A DNA stretch of 64,000 nucleotides, from assembly GCA_050575255.1 (NCBI GenBank), contig JBNZDD010013443.1:320570-384569 (forward strand), read 5' to 3'. Shown piece after piece: positions 25,590 to 38,935 of the stretch. Every line of letters starts with the position of its first letter. Position 1 is the first letter of the stretch. A program made the position numbers and the translations under genes. The notes under the pieces were generated by a model. It did no database searches. It saw nothing but the letters and a program-made list of their open reading frames with translations, and was not told where the DNA came from. This DNA comes from Harriotta raleighana (lineage: Eukaryota).

Positions 25590-25820
25590 TTAATAGTAAT
25601 AATCCTTGAATATGATATAGCGCCTTAACAACTCATGGAGACATCACAAAGTGCTTCAAAGAATATAATGTAAAGTTAATTGACTATAATTTGGTGGGCA
25701 AAATTCAGCAGCCAATTGCGATCAGCTGTGTCCCATAAAAAGGCACGGATTCAGTGACCACAATTTCTTTTAAGGAATTATTATTCTGGAAAAGCAATCC
25801 GACAATCAACTAACTTTTGG
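25590..25820 (-). mobile_element. Old Deu-SINE, long variant, truncated
   Basis: Tail and core plus the start of the GAAAAGCAATCCGACAATCAACTAAC segment. Confidence 0.7.
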
Positions 25821-26475
25821 GGAGGATTGTTTGTCCCAAGTATAAACTAACAATGATCCTACCAGCATGGTGCACTGCCCCAAATTGCCATTTCCACATT
25901 GATATGGATAGAGGGTTAACATAATGCATCTCCAGAGCTGACAAACACACCTCTTGCAGTCAATGGTGCTTTACAAATCGCACCCTATATTTTTCCATTG
26001 GATTCATAACAAAGATTGTTACCGAGTGAGTTTATCTAATGTGCAAAGTTAGCTAATTTGCATACTGTGATGCGCCACAAACAGCCATGAAGTAAAGGGC
26101 CAATTTTCTTTTAATCTGGTGGATTGTTGGCCAGGATATAGAGAGAAACTCTTTTCTTTTGGTCTGGGAATGTGAACTGTGCATGTTTACTCTTCGTTGT
26201 AATCAGATCGAAACACTGCACCATGAGGGAATTGATTTCTTTTACTTGGTTGACAAATCTAAGAGCATGCACATGTGGCTGTGAGTTAAACAGCAGGGTT
26301 GGACTTGCCTCCAGAAGTACTGCTTCCTTTAATGTCTTCCTTTGATTTTGCTTTTCCAAGTCCTTTTTTTTAGAAAAGAGCTAAATAAAAGCAGATCTAA
26401 AATCACACTGGCTCATTCTGTTCTCAGATGTTTTGTTGAAAGATGTTACTTGAAAGTAATTCAGGCAGAAGACAA

Positions 26476-27008
26476 ATCATAGAATCTTGCGGCACAAAAG
26501 GAGGCCATTCGGATCTTAAAAACCTCTGTTAGGTCTTCTCGCAACCTTCTCTGGTCCAATGAGAATAAACCTAACCTCTCTAGCCGAGGTTGAAGTCCCT
26601 CATTCCTGGTACCATCCTAGTAAATCTCCTCTGCACCCTTTCCAATCCCTTAACATAACTTCCTAAAGTGTGGTGACCAGAATTGTACACAGTATTCTTG
26701 CTGACGCCTAACCAAAGTTTTATATAGTTTAGTCAGAACTTCCTGACTTTTGTACTCTATGCCCCTATTTATAAAGCCTAGTATCCGTATGCTTTTTTGA
26801 CAGCCTTGTCTATCTGTCCTGCCACTTTCAAAGAATCACTCACATAAATTCTCAGGTCTCTCTGTGCCCTTACACCCCTTAAAATTGTACTACCTAGCCT
26901 TTTGGTAGTATGGGCTAACCATGTGTCTGCCCATTTTACCATTCAGTCTATATCTTCTTGCAGATGACTACTATCCTCCTCACTATTTACTATTTTTCCT
27001 AACTTTGT
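26476..27008 (-). mobile_element. CR1 3' fragment with internal deletions
   Basis: AATCATAGAATC tail; CCTAGTAAATCTCCTCTGCACC block; 26918-27005 matches 16326-16412. Confidence 0.85.
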
Positions 27009-27098
27009 GGAAAAGCCTGAGAAAAATATAAAATGGAATGTCAGGACCTAATTGTGATAACAGAAAAGAGGTATCTCAGCTACTATACCAATAATTAA

Positions 27099-27870
27099 CA
27101 ACAACAACAAAATTACATTTGTGGAGTGTATAGTGCCTTTCACGTTGGGAGGGTGTCCTAAGGTGCTAGACAATTAGTGTCTCAGACCCAAGCTGGAGGT
27201 CAGAATCGGGGAGGGTGGAGGATAGGGGGGATGGAGGGTGATGTAAGGCATGGTCAAAGAGGAGCGTCTTGAAACAGGTCTTGAAGGAGGCAAGAGAGGG
27301 GGCAATGCAGAGGGATTGCGGGATGGAGTTCCAGTGGGTGGAGGCAAGGAGTATAGGGTCATGGAAGCTGGTGCGAGAAAAGACAGGGGCTACAGAGTTC
27401 TGGATGATCTGCAGCCTATGGAAGGAGGAGCTGGGGAGGCCAACAAGCGGGGAGTTTGCATAGTCAAACCTGGATGTTATGAAAGCGTGTTTGAGGGTTT
27501 CAATGGCCTGAGGGGAGATGGAGGATGGCAGAGCGAATCACGGCATGGATGTGGGATAGAAATGATAGTTGAGGGCCAAACAAGGTGCCAAAGTACGCCA
27601 CTGGCTCAGTGAGATGTAGTGTGCATCCTTGGATGGTGACGCTCTCAGCGCCTGAGGTGTGAAGACACTAATGTGAGCCAATCAGGAGGACCTCAATTTT
27701 GTTGACACTCAACGGAAGAAAATTAGTTCTCATCCAGAACTTGATGTCTGACAAACATTCTGTAGGACAGCAGTAGAGTTGAGCATGGAGGCAGAGAGAT
27801 GGAGTTGGGTGTCATCCGCATACAAGTGGAAGTTGACCCCATGTCTGTGGATGATTCCACCAAGAGGGAA
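27099..27870 (-). mobile_element. L2 fragment (RT to 3' end, deleted internally)
   Basis: (CAA)n tail; CCAGAACTCTGTAGCC (QNS motif); TGTATGCGGATGACACCCAACTC (YADDTQL) on the minus strand near 27805-27825. Confidence 0.85.
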
Positions 27871-28455
27871 TTTATAGAGAAGTTGCCTCTCTCATTTTGT
27901 TGGTGGGGTAGGGGAACTCTTTGTTCACACTGGGGTGAATAATCCAGCAAGTTTTATAATGGAATATAAGAAATTGCTCATAAAAAAAACACCCTGTTAT
28001 TGCCCCCTGAGTTAATTGGCTCCATTTCCACTTCCAGCAGGATTTATAGAAAGTGGCACAAGGCAAGAGCTTTAATTAACTTGAGGTTCCTTGTTCAAAC
28101 ATAAAACCTTCTGGATCGCTCAGCACAGCCCATAATGCAGATCTCGGGATGAGTTATATTTGCATTTATTTGCACCTTTTTTTTATACTGTTGGTCAGAT
28201 GGTTCTTTCTGGCTGGCTACATTCCTGGCATAACCTGCTATGTAGCACTGCTACATGGGCTGCCGGGGTACGTTTATCCTGCAGCAGCTGCACAAACTGT
28301 TGAAAAGTGCTTTTTCAGTTCGCTTCTGCTTTTTTCCAAAGCTACAGAATTTTGAAGGAGGGGACGAATGCAGCAATTGAGAGACACTGTGTGCGCACAC
28401 GCTCTCCTGATCAACTTGGTTATGATTCTGTCAGAGCTGTTTTGAAAGGGGAGTA

Positions 28456-28909
28456 TAGTAAAACCTTGTTTATCCAGCACCCACGGGTCCTGGCCAGTAG
28501 CGGTTTTCCAATTTAATGGATTTTTTTAACATTATTTTAAAAAATATATTAAAATATTATTTTTAACTAAAAATTATTTTAACACGTAACATATTAATAA
28601 TAGACCAAATAATAACAGAATATTCTATTAGTATTTTATTATATATACTTAATTTCACAACAGTAGCACTCATCTGACAGAGGTAAAAAATAACCCGACT
28701 TTTAAAAGGAGCAGGAGCGAGTTTAGACCCAACTAGCGGCCAGCCACGAGTACCTGCACCAGTACTTGCGTGCAACAGTCAATTCATTAAACATGTCATC
28801 AATATTCGCCGGATAACTTCCAGTTCATTGAATCGAGACTTTTTTTTTTGAGATGGCGGTTGAATGGGTTTTCCGGTTCATTGAGTCACAGATAAATGAG
28901 GTTTTACTG
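28456..28909. mobile_element. Tigger/pogo-like MITE
   Basis: TA|TAGTAAAACCTTGTTTATCC ... GATAAATGAGGTTTTACTG|TA; inverted homologue at 31002-31456. Confidence 0.9.
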
Positions 28910-31001
28910 TATTATTGCAAGACCCTTTTTATGGCCTTCCCTTTCGTGGATTCTCTTTGGAATTTCAAATTAGCACTTCAGCTCTTTTACAGAGAATTAA
29001 TTGCAAACATCGGAGCACTCGGAACTTCAGCCTTTTACAACGCTTAGAGCCGTAAACAACAGATAAATTCTTGGTGCCTTCACGACACGCTTCAAATCGA
29101 AAAATGCAGGCTGGCAAAGAGAGAGAGAGAAAAAAAATCGTTTTATTTATCTGGTACTCGTTCCATGTTCTAATGAATTGTAACAGACATATTTCAATAT
29201 GAAACATTCCCTCCCATAAAAAAATCTTGACCCTCGCTGTGGATCCAAGATAGCTGCTGTTTATACTTGTAGTCGATATTCTGCTCCAAGACACAGGGTT
29301 TCAGATTATGATGCACTAAAAAAACAAGATTTACTTGTTTAATATAAAAGCTGTACTAGGAGGTGTTAGCCACATTGACAGTGTGATTTAACACTTTCAG
29401 GAACCCATTGTGGTTCTTCAGCATCAATAAATCACATTTATATATCGCCTTTTACATGAGGAACATGTCCATGTTTTCAAAATCTCCCTCGACATTACCA
29501 GGCATAATGTGCCGTTTCTCCCCAATCATTATTTGAAAGATCATAATTCTGTAATCAAAATGTTCCACCTGCTATCAAGTAAATAAAGGGTTGCGGGAGA
29601 GGGGATGAGGACATCTAGAGGCTCATGTATTGTTCAAACACCAGCACAGATGAGTTGGGAAGTGTTACCTATTTTCATGTCGTAATCATTTATGTAATTC
29701 TACATTAGGCAAGCTTGGAGATAGAGACATGGCTTCAACTCTGTAAGTCAAAGCCCGGATAAACTGGGCTTTCTTGTTTAAGATTATCCTATTGAATACA
29801 AGTATCTAAGCCATTCAAATCAGATGCAAACATTTGCTTACCGCAGAGATTTTAAGCAAACTCTCTAACCTTTACCAAGACCCATCTTGTCATCGTTGGG
29901 ATGCTTTTATCAAAATTTTAAGATATTTTTTGTCTCTTAAGAATATCGCAAATAGCATTTTGAGGGGATCTCAAATCGTGCAGGAACGTTAATGAGAGCT
30001 TCAGGTACTGCTGAGCTCTGAAAAGGTTTTACATCTTCGATAGAACACTCAAGTCCTCAATATAATGGACAAGATATTCAGCCTATTGCGTAGCAATTCT
30101 GGAAATCTCAAGCAGGCAACACTGGAACACTCCACACTGCTACCTATCAATTGATAACACTCACATTTGACCTGTTGTTATTTTTCATTCGGGTCACACG
30201 GATTATTTTTAATTATCTCTCACTCCCTTGAACAGCTTCTGTAGATTTTTTTTGGGGGTACATGCTTTTCTTCAGATATCAAAAATGTGCAGAACATCAT
30301 GTTTTATACATGGCATATCATAGAAACCGTGTGTGATTACCTCAGGAAGAGTTGGCAATCTGAACTCGTTATGTTGTAGGCGAATTAGTACTCTGCAGCT
30401 GTGTGCTTGCGTTTACACCTAAGAAGGAAAGAAAAGGGTGAATGTGTTCTCCAACATCAAGGGAAGCAAAAAGTCAACATTGAAATGGTTTATTTTGGCT
30501 AGTTCCATACAATTTATGAGTAACTTCATAAACTGTAAACACAAAGTCTTAATGAATCAGCCACACCAAACTTTCCAAGCCTCTTTATGTTGCGCCGCAC
30601 AGCATTTTGTTGCATTTTGCTTCTTCTCTCCCCCTCCTACTTTCTTCCCTGCCTTATTGAAAACGCTGACTCGTGCTGCTGGGGTAAGGATCCACCATTC
30701 CTGGATACCTTTCAACACCACACTCCAGTCTGCATGTGAGTTTAGGCAAGGATTATTAAAAGGCCTGTTGCACCAGATTTGAATCTTGTCACCCAAATGC
30801 ATGCAAAATTCCCTGCATAGATAACTAGATATCAGTGAGGACTGAGCACCATGACTACTTTTTATATTCTGTTCCAAACTCTGCAACAATGAGATCAATT
30901 GTAGTATCTCTGGGAACATCTTAAAGCCAAGTTCAGCTTTATGTAATTCAAAGGAATTTTCCTGTCTCATATATGGCTCAGGACCTCAATGGCAGTAGCT
31001 A

Positions 31002-31456
31002 CAGTAAAACCTTGTTTATCCGTGACTCGATGAACCGGAAAACCCGTTCAACCGCCATCTCAAAAAAAAGTCCAGATTCAATGAACCGGAAGTTATCCGG
31101 CGAATAGTGATGACGCGTTTAATTAATCGATTTTCATGCACGAGTGCTGGTGCAGGTACTCGCGACTGGCCACTAGGCGAGTCTAAACTCGCTCCTGCTC
31201 TTTTTAAAAGTCACATTTTTTTTACCTCCGTCGAGTGAGGCCTGCCGTTGCAAAGTTAAGTATAAATAATAAAGCACTAATACAATATTCTGTTACCATT
31301 TAGTCTATTATTAATTTGGTATGTTAAAATAATTTTTTAATTTTCAATCAAAAATATTGTAAAAAAAATGTTTTGGGGGAAAATCCATTCAACCGGAAAA
31401 CTGTTTAATCGCCACTGGCCAGGTCCCATGGGTGCCGGATAAACAGAGTTTTACTG
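31002..31456. mobile_element. Tigger/pogo-like MITE (inverted relative to 28456-28909)
   Basis: TA|CAGTAAAACCTTGTTTATCCG ... CGGATAAACAGAGTTTTACTG|TA. Confidence 0.9.
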
Positions 31457-32537
31457 TATAACTATTGAGATGTCAGAAGATCAAGATAAATGTTTTATGA
31501 AAAAACTGAATAGGGTGACAATAACAAAGATAGGATTAGGAGGAGATCATTCATTCGTGGATTGACTTTATTCAGTATATATGGGCGAAACGCGGCAGCT
31601 GATTGCATACAGCAATGTCCCACAAACAGTCATGGATTGAAATGACAATTTTTTTTTCAAGAGATTATTATCAGGCCTGTGGAGTCAGGATACTTGCCCA
31701 AGGTTTAACCATTGCTTCTCAATTCTGTGTGTGTGTCTGTCAATTTAATCTTCCATTGGAATATTCCAATTGATTCTGTCTCATTCTGGGGCAGTGTGTT
31801 CCACTTTGCGTGATGCTCATCGCCACTAATGATTTTGGTGAATGCCCAAATTATGTATTATTATTACAATGGTTGGATTTTCGTCAGGCCCTACATTAAG
31901 ATGAAACACATTTCCTGGGCTCTGACTTGTTTTGGACCCCCATTTTAATCATTATTATCCATTATTTTATTTATTTACATAATGCAGATCAAAAGAGTAA
32001 AAACCATAGTGGACTGTATAATTCTGAAAAGATATATTAGTTGCAAGGTTTTCTCAGCAGTTTGACATTTGTACTGGAGGCCCCAGAGACTCGGAAATGG
32101 ATTTCAATCCTACTTTACTGCTACAGATGTTTAAAATTGCATGACAGTGATTAGATGCATGCATTACAAATTTCATTGCCGGTACCATTCATTTCCGTTA
32201 TTGTTATTAATAATAATGTTGTAAAACAAAGGATTGGTTGACATTAGAGTGCTAATGCATTACATACATTTGTGATGGAGTAAAATGGAGATTATTGTAA
32301 AATAGAGCACCAGCCAACAAATGGACATGTTGTTGTTTTGTCTCCTGGTTAGAAATGTCATAGGGATAATAGCATAAAAAAGTATTGCCCTTGAGAAGAT
32401 AGAGGTGAGCAACCTCATGATTTGGGATTTCAGGAGACCTAATTACATCTTCAAGATTATGAAAGGAATTGGCAAAGTTGATTCAAGGCAAGTTGTTTAC
32501 TGTTTTAAAAGGATTCAAGTACCATGGGATACATAAA

Positions 32538-33710
32538 AACATAAGAAGTAGGAGCAGGATTATGCCATTCAGACACTCGAGCCTGCTCTGCCATTTAATA
32601 AGATCATGGCAGATCTTCTAACCTAATTCCACTTACCTGCCTATCCGCATACAGTTAACCCTCGTTGATTGCGGGGGTTACATTCCTGGAAAACTGCGCA
32701 CTCAACAAAATCGTATTGGAGAAGCCGAAGAAGTAATGGGAAAAGAGGGGTTAGGGGAATCCAGTCAGAGGCTACGCACCTCAAGCCTCCAAGCACATCC
32801 GTTGCAAGGTACCTATCGAGGCAGGCTACAGCTTGCAGGCCTACTCCTCGCTCTGCCTGCCTCTCCCCGCTCTTGTTGCACCCTCGCCACCCCCACCTCC
32901 GCCACTCTTCCTGCTCTCGTTTCTCCTATCACCCGGAAGTGGGCAAATCAGGGCAGCCCGGGAGGGAGTCAGAGAGAAATCGGGGAGAGTGGCAGACAGG
33001 CGGGGGAGGGGAGGGAACAGAGAACTGCTCGAAGGTGGGGGGGACTCGGGGAGGTGAGGGGCAGAGAGTCGCTCGGGGGGCGGACGGACGGACTCTGGGA
33101 GATGGGGGGGGGCAGAGAGCCAATCGGGGCGGGGGGGGGATTCTCGGAGGTGGGGGGCAGAGAACCGCTCGGGGTGTGCGGGGGCAGAGTGTTGCAGGCG
33201 GTCGGGACGGGAGACACAAAAAGGTTACAGCGGGTTTGATATTGCTTTATTGCTATAATAAAGTGATAACAAAGCAGTAAAGCAAGAAAAAAAAGCAATA
33301 AAACAACAAGGTAGATTAGGCTACATTATGTACGATCCTGTCTCTCTCTCTCTGACTCTTCTGTTTACCATGCAATGCAATAGAGAAGTGTTATTGTATT
33401 TACCCAGGAATGCATTATGCGCGGAGCCAGTCAGCCGAGGAATCATCGGCTTTAGTCGGGATCTGCCAGCCTCGTCAAAAATGTGCATGCGCGTGGGACC
33501 AGCCAGCTGAGGAATCATCGGATTTAGTCAGGAGCTATCGGCGTCCTCACATGTGCGGCATATGCGCGGGGCCAGCCAGTGCGTGTACACAAGTTTTACG
33601 CATGGTGCACAAAATAGTGATGCTTTTGTTTTGTCGCATATACTTGAATTCGCAATCGGTAAAATCGCCTTCGACGAGGGTTAACTGTACCCCTTTAACA
33701 CCTTGAACAT
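32538..33710 (-). mobile_element. CR1 3' UTR fragment split by a DNA transposon insertion
   Basis: AACATAAGAAGTAGGAGCAGG...CTATCCGCATA|CCCCTTTAACACC is colinear with the uninterrupted copies at 51092 and 55652. Confidence 0.75.
32652..33687. mobile_element. Non-autonomous Tigger-like DNA transposon, GC/CpG-rich, 1036 bp
   Basis: TIR CAGTTAACCCTCGT at both ends; TA duplication at 32650-51 and 33688-89; no transposase motif. Confidence 0.9.
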
Positions 33711-34401
33711 GATGGTAATATAAGCAGATTTTTTTTCAAAAGCACACAATGGATTATAGAATCATGAAAGCATTGAAGTAGAGTATAAAGAGACCTCAGT
33801 GTATTTTTGAAGAGAAAAGGGATTAGGGGATACAGTGAGGAAGTAGATGACGAGGAAATATTGAAGCAGGAACTTCTGTTCCTAAACAATTCTTGTGTTC
33901 ATTTAGAATGTTGTTAGAGTTTTTCTGTGTCTGGTATGGATTGTATGCTTTCTCCCTGGAGGGATACACCTTGTTTAACTGTATCCCAGGAATATTAGGC
34001 GTAGATTTGAGAAGTAAAACGTGTCCCTGAAGTGTGAAATGTTGTACTTCTGGAGTACAACCAGCTAAAACTGTATAGCTGCAATTGAGAGCGCTGATCG
34101 ACAAAACTGCTTCTTGCTAAGACCACCCCACTTATTAGGGCTGTGTCTTGCAAGGTTAGCAGGGGTTGGGTGTGAAGAATCTCTGGTTCCAGTGAATAAT
34201 CTGCCTCCCAATTCCTGCTGACGAGCCTGTCAAGCTGGCGGGTCTGTCAAAATTGGTGCCCTGGAGAGAGTACTTTCCTCGTAGGTTTCAAACCTGGGTC
34301 AATTTTTGTTTTAAGGCGATTGTAATTACTACTGCACTACAGAAACATCTTGCGCTTCAGTAAGAAGGTTAGGATATGTTATCAGGAGCAGAGCTAACAA
34401 C

Positions 34402-34575
34402 AATAATAATAATAATCCTTGAATTTGATACAGTACCTTATCATGTCTTCCAGATGTCTCAAAGCACTTCACAGAATATACTGTGAAGTGAATTGACTGT
34501 GTATATGTGGGCCGAACGCAGCAGCTAATTGCACACAGCAGTGTCCCACAAATAGCCGTGGATTTAAATGACCCC
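34402..34575 (-). mobile_element. Deu-SINE, 5'-truncated
   Basis: Tail and Deu core. Confidence 0.85.
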
Positions 34576-35849
34576 ATTTTTTTTAAATCCAGCGATTGAG
34601 GAGGATCGCTGATAATGCGAATAAAATGAAAAAACTTTTATAGCATTTTCATAAGCTAAACATCTCTTTCAATGTGCCCGTCATTGTTAGCAAAACACCA
34701 GACCTTATGGCACAAGCTGAATGAAAAATTAATTCTTCTGGAAGGTTGTTGGGTAACATACCAGAGAATCTCTCTGCTCTTTTCTAAGTAATTTAACCTT
34801 ATCTCGAAGATCCATCAGAAGTCGTAGATGGAGTTTAGTATCTGATCCAAAAGACAACACCATCAAAAGGGGAGCTTTTGATCAGTCGGCGTCCCCAGTA
34901 ACCATTGATGCTGCTCACCTTGTTTCCACTCTTTCCATGTGGAAGAGCGTTGCCTCCATTCAGCATCTGACTAAGTTGGTACATTTCAAAAATCAACAAC
35001 AACAACAACAACTTTGATTTTTATAGCGCCCTCCACGCCGGGTGGCGTATCAGAGCGCTTCAAATCATCGGGGTTCACCATAAGGATAGCTGTTAGTCAC
35101 ACGCTATCACTCCAGCATATTGGAATATTCATGAGATCGGCCTTAGATCAAAGTGATGCTTGAGGTGTGGCTTGTAACAAAAGATTAATAAAACTGCTAA
35201 AAAAGAGTTCTGATATCTTTTGACCAGTATGAGACAAGGCTGGGCTCCCATACATTGCTTTCGCCTTTCAGTGGATTGAAGAATAGAACACCTGTTGTCA
35301 GGAACCCCTTTGTAGCTGCTGCTCTTGTCAAAAGATTAGAAGACAAATCATGCTCACCAGATGATGTGACTTCCAAGGCATTCATGTTGAGAGTAGGAAA
35401 GCTGGCATGAGATGAATATAAACCACTGTTCAAGTCGAGAGTAGGCACGTTCCTGGCAGGGGCATCTAGGTAGGAACAGCAAGTGTATCAGAAACCTAAT
35501 AACATTCAGCTAGTGTCTGCAGAGAATAAGCTGCTGAAAGAGCACTATTCTAAACAGGATCTAATGGAAGCAAATAAAAGATCGGCTCAGCGTGTTGATC
35601 AGTGATAGGTTGCTGTTTCCTGTATGCCTATGTCCTTCAGGTTTTTTATGAATCCCCTTCACCTCTTCACCTCAATTATGCTTCCTGAATAATATCAGTG
35701 CAGTGGCATACTCAGATTTCAACAGTTAGTTTAAAATTGGATTGATTATTAAATACAGTTAATAATATCACCCCCCCCCACCCCCTCTAATTTTTCTTCA
35801 CACAACAACACTGAAGAGCACTATTGTGAGCCAAGCCACCACATTCTCT

Positions 35850-36170
35850 CTGTTCTTCGGGTGGAAGTTAAAGATCCTATCAAACCATTGGAAACAATAA
35901 AGGATTTCACCCGCCCCCCTACCCCCCCCCCAAATCCTGGCCAATAATTCACAACAACAACAACGTGCATTTATATTGTGTGCTCCACCTGGGGTAGTGT
36001 CTCGCGGAGCTGGATAAATTGATCAATCACCCCACAGCTGTTTGTGGAGCCCTGCCTTGCGCAAAACGTTTTCATCATTTGCAAACAAAGTGTTATTACA
36101 TTCTACTTCACTGTAGTTAGTGTAAAGTTTTGAATTGATAAAGGTGCTATAATGATACAAGACTTGCTTT
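35850..36170 (+). mobile_element. Old AmnSINE1/SacSINE1-like Deu-SINE relic with nested L2 tail
   Basis: GGGTGGAAGTTAAAGATCC...CCTGGCCAATAATT...GCTGTTTGTGGAGCCCTGCCTTGCGCAAA; (CAA)n tail at 35951. Confidence 0.55.
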
Positions 36171-38622
36171 CCTCCTGTCCGAAAGATGCAGATTCAATTT
36201 GCAATGCAATTCTACAAATTCTTTCTCTGCACCGCCCCCAACCCCCCCCCCCCCCCCAAACCCATTCACTGGCTCAAGTGTACTGAAACCAATTGTTAGT
36301 TACCCTAGTGTTGCCCAAGATTAGCTAACACAGGACTAGCACACTCAGGTCTAACAGAAGAACTTTCTGAAACTGTTAATCAATACCTCACCAGGCATCA
36401 CATTTTATACATTGGTGGTGTCCCATGTCACCATCTCTGCTCGCGCCTCAGGCTGATATACATTCTGGTCTAAGAATCCAAAGTTATTGTGAAACCAAGT
36501 AAATTAGATAATTGCATACAGGCAGGCACGTAAACTGGCTATGAAAAGGTTTCAATCAGTCATTTGTAAAATGTGGGCTGAGTGTCACCAAAGTATGTGA
36601 ACAAGAACGTACTTGTAGGTTTATGTCGCTGGTTTCTTTACAGTTTCTCTACAGCATGTCACTTTGGTAAGATTGTTGAGTCAAATTTACTTGAGCAAAG
36701 GCCAAGCGAGTACCCACCAGACATTAAAGACAGTAGTGGGGACTTTACATTTAATGTGACTTATGCAAAGTATGAATTATGCCTAAAGAATTCCTGCGTC
36801 GGAATGGCTGCCGTTCAAAACATGCAGTGGTGGTATTCTGAATTATGCGGTTGTTAATGCCACTAGTGCATGTAGATTCAGGCGATTATACAATTCATAC
36901 ACAAACATCAGACGTACATGAATTTTACTGTACAATGTTTGTAACAAGATTTTTTTCACCAATGTTTGAGACACATTGCTAAGTGGGTTACCCACTATCA
37001 CAGGCAATTCCTGAGAAGAAATTCATGGGATTAGACAGTTTTTCGCTGTGTCCTGTGTGAGTTTTAATAACAATTTATGCATGTCAAAACTTTAATTCCC
37101 TTCAAATCCTTTACAAATTACATCCTGGTGAGGGTTATACTGAACAGAAGTCAGAGAGAGGCCACAAGCAGAGCTGCACAACTTAATTTTAGCCTGAATT
37201 TTAGCTGTGTATTTAGCAACAGTCAGTAGCACACTGCTTGTGTAATAATAGTTTCACCCAGGGTGTGACCCAGCGAATATTTTTAATCAGAGTTTAATCT
37301 GAGTTTATGGGAGGTTAGATCAACCGATCATGGAACTACAGTACTATATACTACCTGCATGTGGGCTGCAGCTACTGTTTTCAAAGGCCTAATTGGATGA
37401 ATATGAACCTGTTATTTAACACAGCAGTGCAATGTTACTGTTGCTTTCAGCTGTCAGATATCTCGGTCACTAGACTTACTGGTGCCTATTAGAGTACATT
37501 TCAATTTGCCATTAGAATACACTTCCTGGGGATGTGGCACTGAATAATGATGTCATGTGTTTTGACTTTTGCAACCAGCTTTGCTCATTACTGCTTTCAG
37601 CACCAGATAATACCCCCAGCTATTAGTACCTTAAGCAGCACAGAACGCCACTCAAACCCTTAAACATGACGTTATCACCTCTCCACACCTCCTTGATTTC
37701 TCTTTGTTCTCCCCAATTCCACCATCCACAAACTCCAGCTAACGCAAAACCCCATGGCCCATATTCTCACTACACCAAACTCTGCAACCCAAAGCCATTG
37801 ACAGGCTCCACTGGCTCCGAATGGATCGGCTTCAAGCCGAGGTCCTCACCCTTGCATTTACAGTAACTGCCCAGCTTATCCAGGAATTTGTACCAAGCCT
37901 GAAATGGAGACTTGTTAAAATTAATACCCCCAACTATTAATTTGTTAAAAATTTCCATGGATCTAAAACTTCCACATATAGACAGACTCCTGCCAGCCTA
38001 ACTCTCCTAGACAATTGACTGCATATTTGAATTGACTGCATATTTTGTGGGTGAAATATACTATCTTTAATAATCCTATATTAGAAACCTGCTCGTTGAT
38101 GTGATAAGTGCTATATCATGTGTAAGGAATATTATTATATATTACTATACTTCTTCAACCACATCTACGTCACATCCACCTCCCCCTTCCGCCCTACTTG
38201 GATCACTCCTTATCCTATGTAAAAGGTGCTATATAAATGCAAGTTTTTGTTGTTTTATGGAATACCAGAGCTTTTAGAAATCATAGCATAAATTTATTAC
38301 CATAGACTGAGTTGATCAGCTGTGAAGTGCATTGAGACATCTGGAGGTAAGACGTAAAAAGCGCTACTGAGACATTGAAACGTAAAAAGCGCTGAGACAT
38401 TGAGACGTAAAAAGCGCTATATCAAATGCAAGGATTATTATTATTAATAATATTATTATTGATCACTGAAGGGAGTGCTTTGTTGGCTGAGCTGAACTCG
38501 GGCAAGGAAGTTTGGTGAATTGCAAATGTAAAGCTGGGATCTCCTTCCAGCATGCAGCAATTGAATTATGTTCTCTAAAGGATATCGTCTTGGAAAGCCA
38601 CTTTCACACGTTCTCAGCTAGA

Positions 38623-38935
38623 TAATAATAATCATTGCATTTAATATAGTGCTTTTTCACTTCTTTGAGACATTTCAAAGCACCTCACAGAGTATACTAT
38701 AAAGTGAACTGGAGGTATATTAGTGGGCGAAACGTAGCAGCTAATTGTCCACACCAGTGTCCCACAAACATTCGTGGATTGAGTGACCAAATTATTATTG
38801 TATTTTTGTTTCTTTTCTTGAGGGATTATTATCAGGCACATAGAATAAGGAAACTTGCCCAATGCCTTTGCCCTGCCGGGAATCGAATCCAGGTCTCTCG
38901 CTTGTGAGGCGAGTGCTCTAACCACTGAGCCACAT
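38623..38935 (-). mobile_element. Full-length Deu-SINE
   Basis: GTGGCTCAGTGGTTAGAGCA head and ATTCGATTCC B box on the minus strand; tail at 38623. Confidence 0.9.

Noticed and set aside
30438-30970. 114 aa and 137 aa overlapping ORFs between the inverted MITEs (possible cargo gene)
   Set aside because: No recognisable domain, transposase motif or supported splice structure.
32669-33298. Overlapping 100-200 aa ORFs on both strands and CpG-island appearance
   Set aside because: These are low-complexity G/P/R-rich frames caused by GC-rich repeats inside a TIR element; there is no transposase or host domain and no evidence of a promoter.
34919-34966. 48 nt minus-strand exon-like segment (MLNGGNALPHGKSGNK, AAG|GTGAGC)
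   Set aside because: The acceptor is weak, with a competing AG and no polypyrimidine tract; it lies between repeat relics and the peptide is not recognised.
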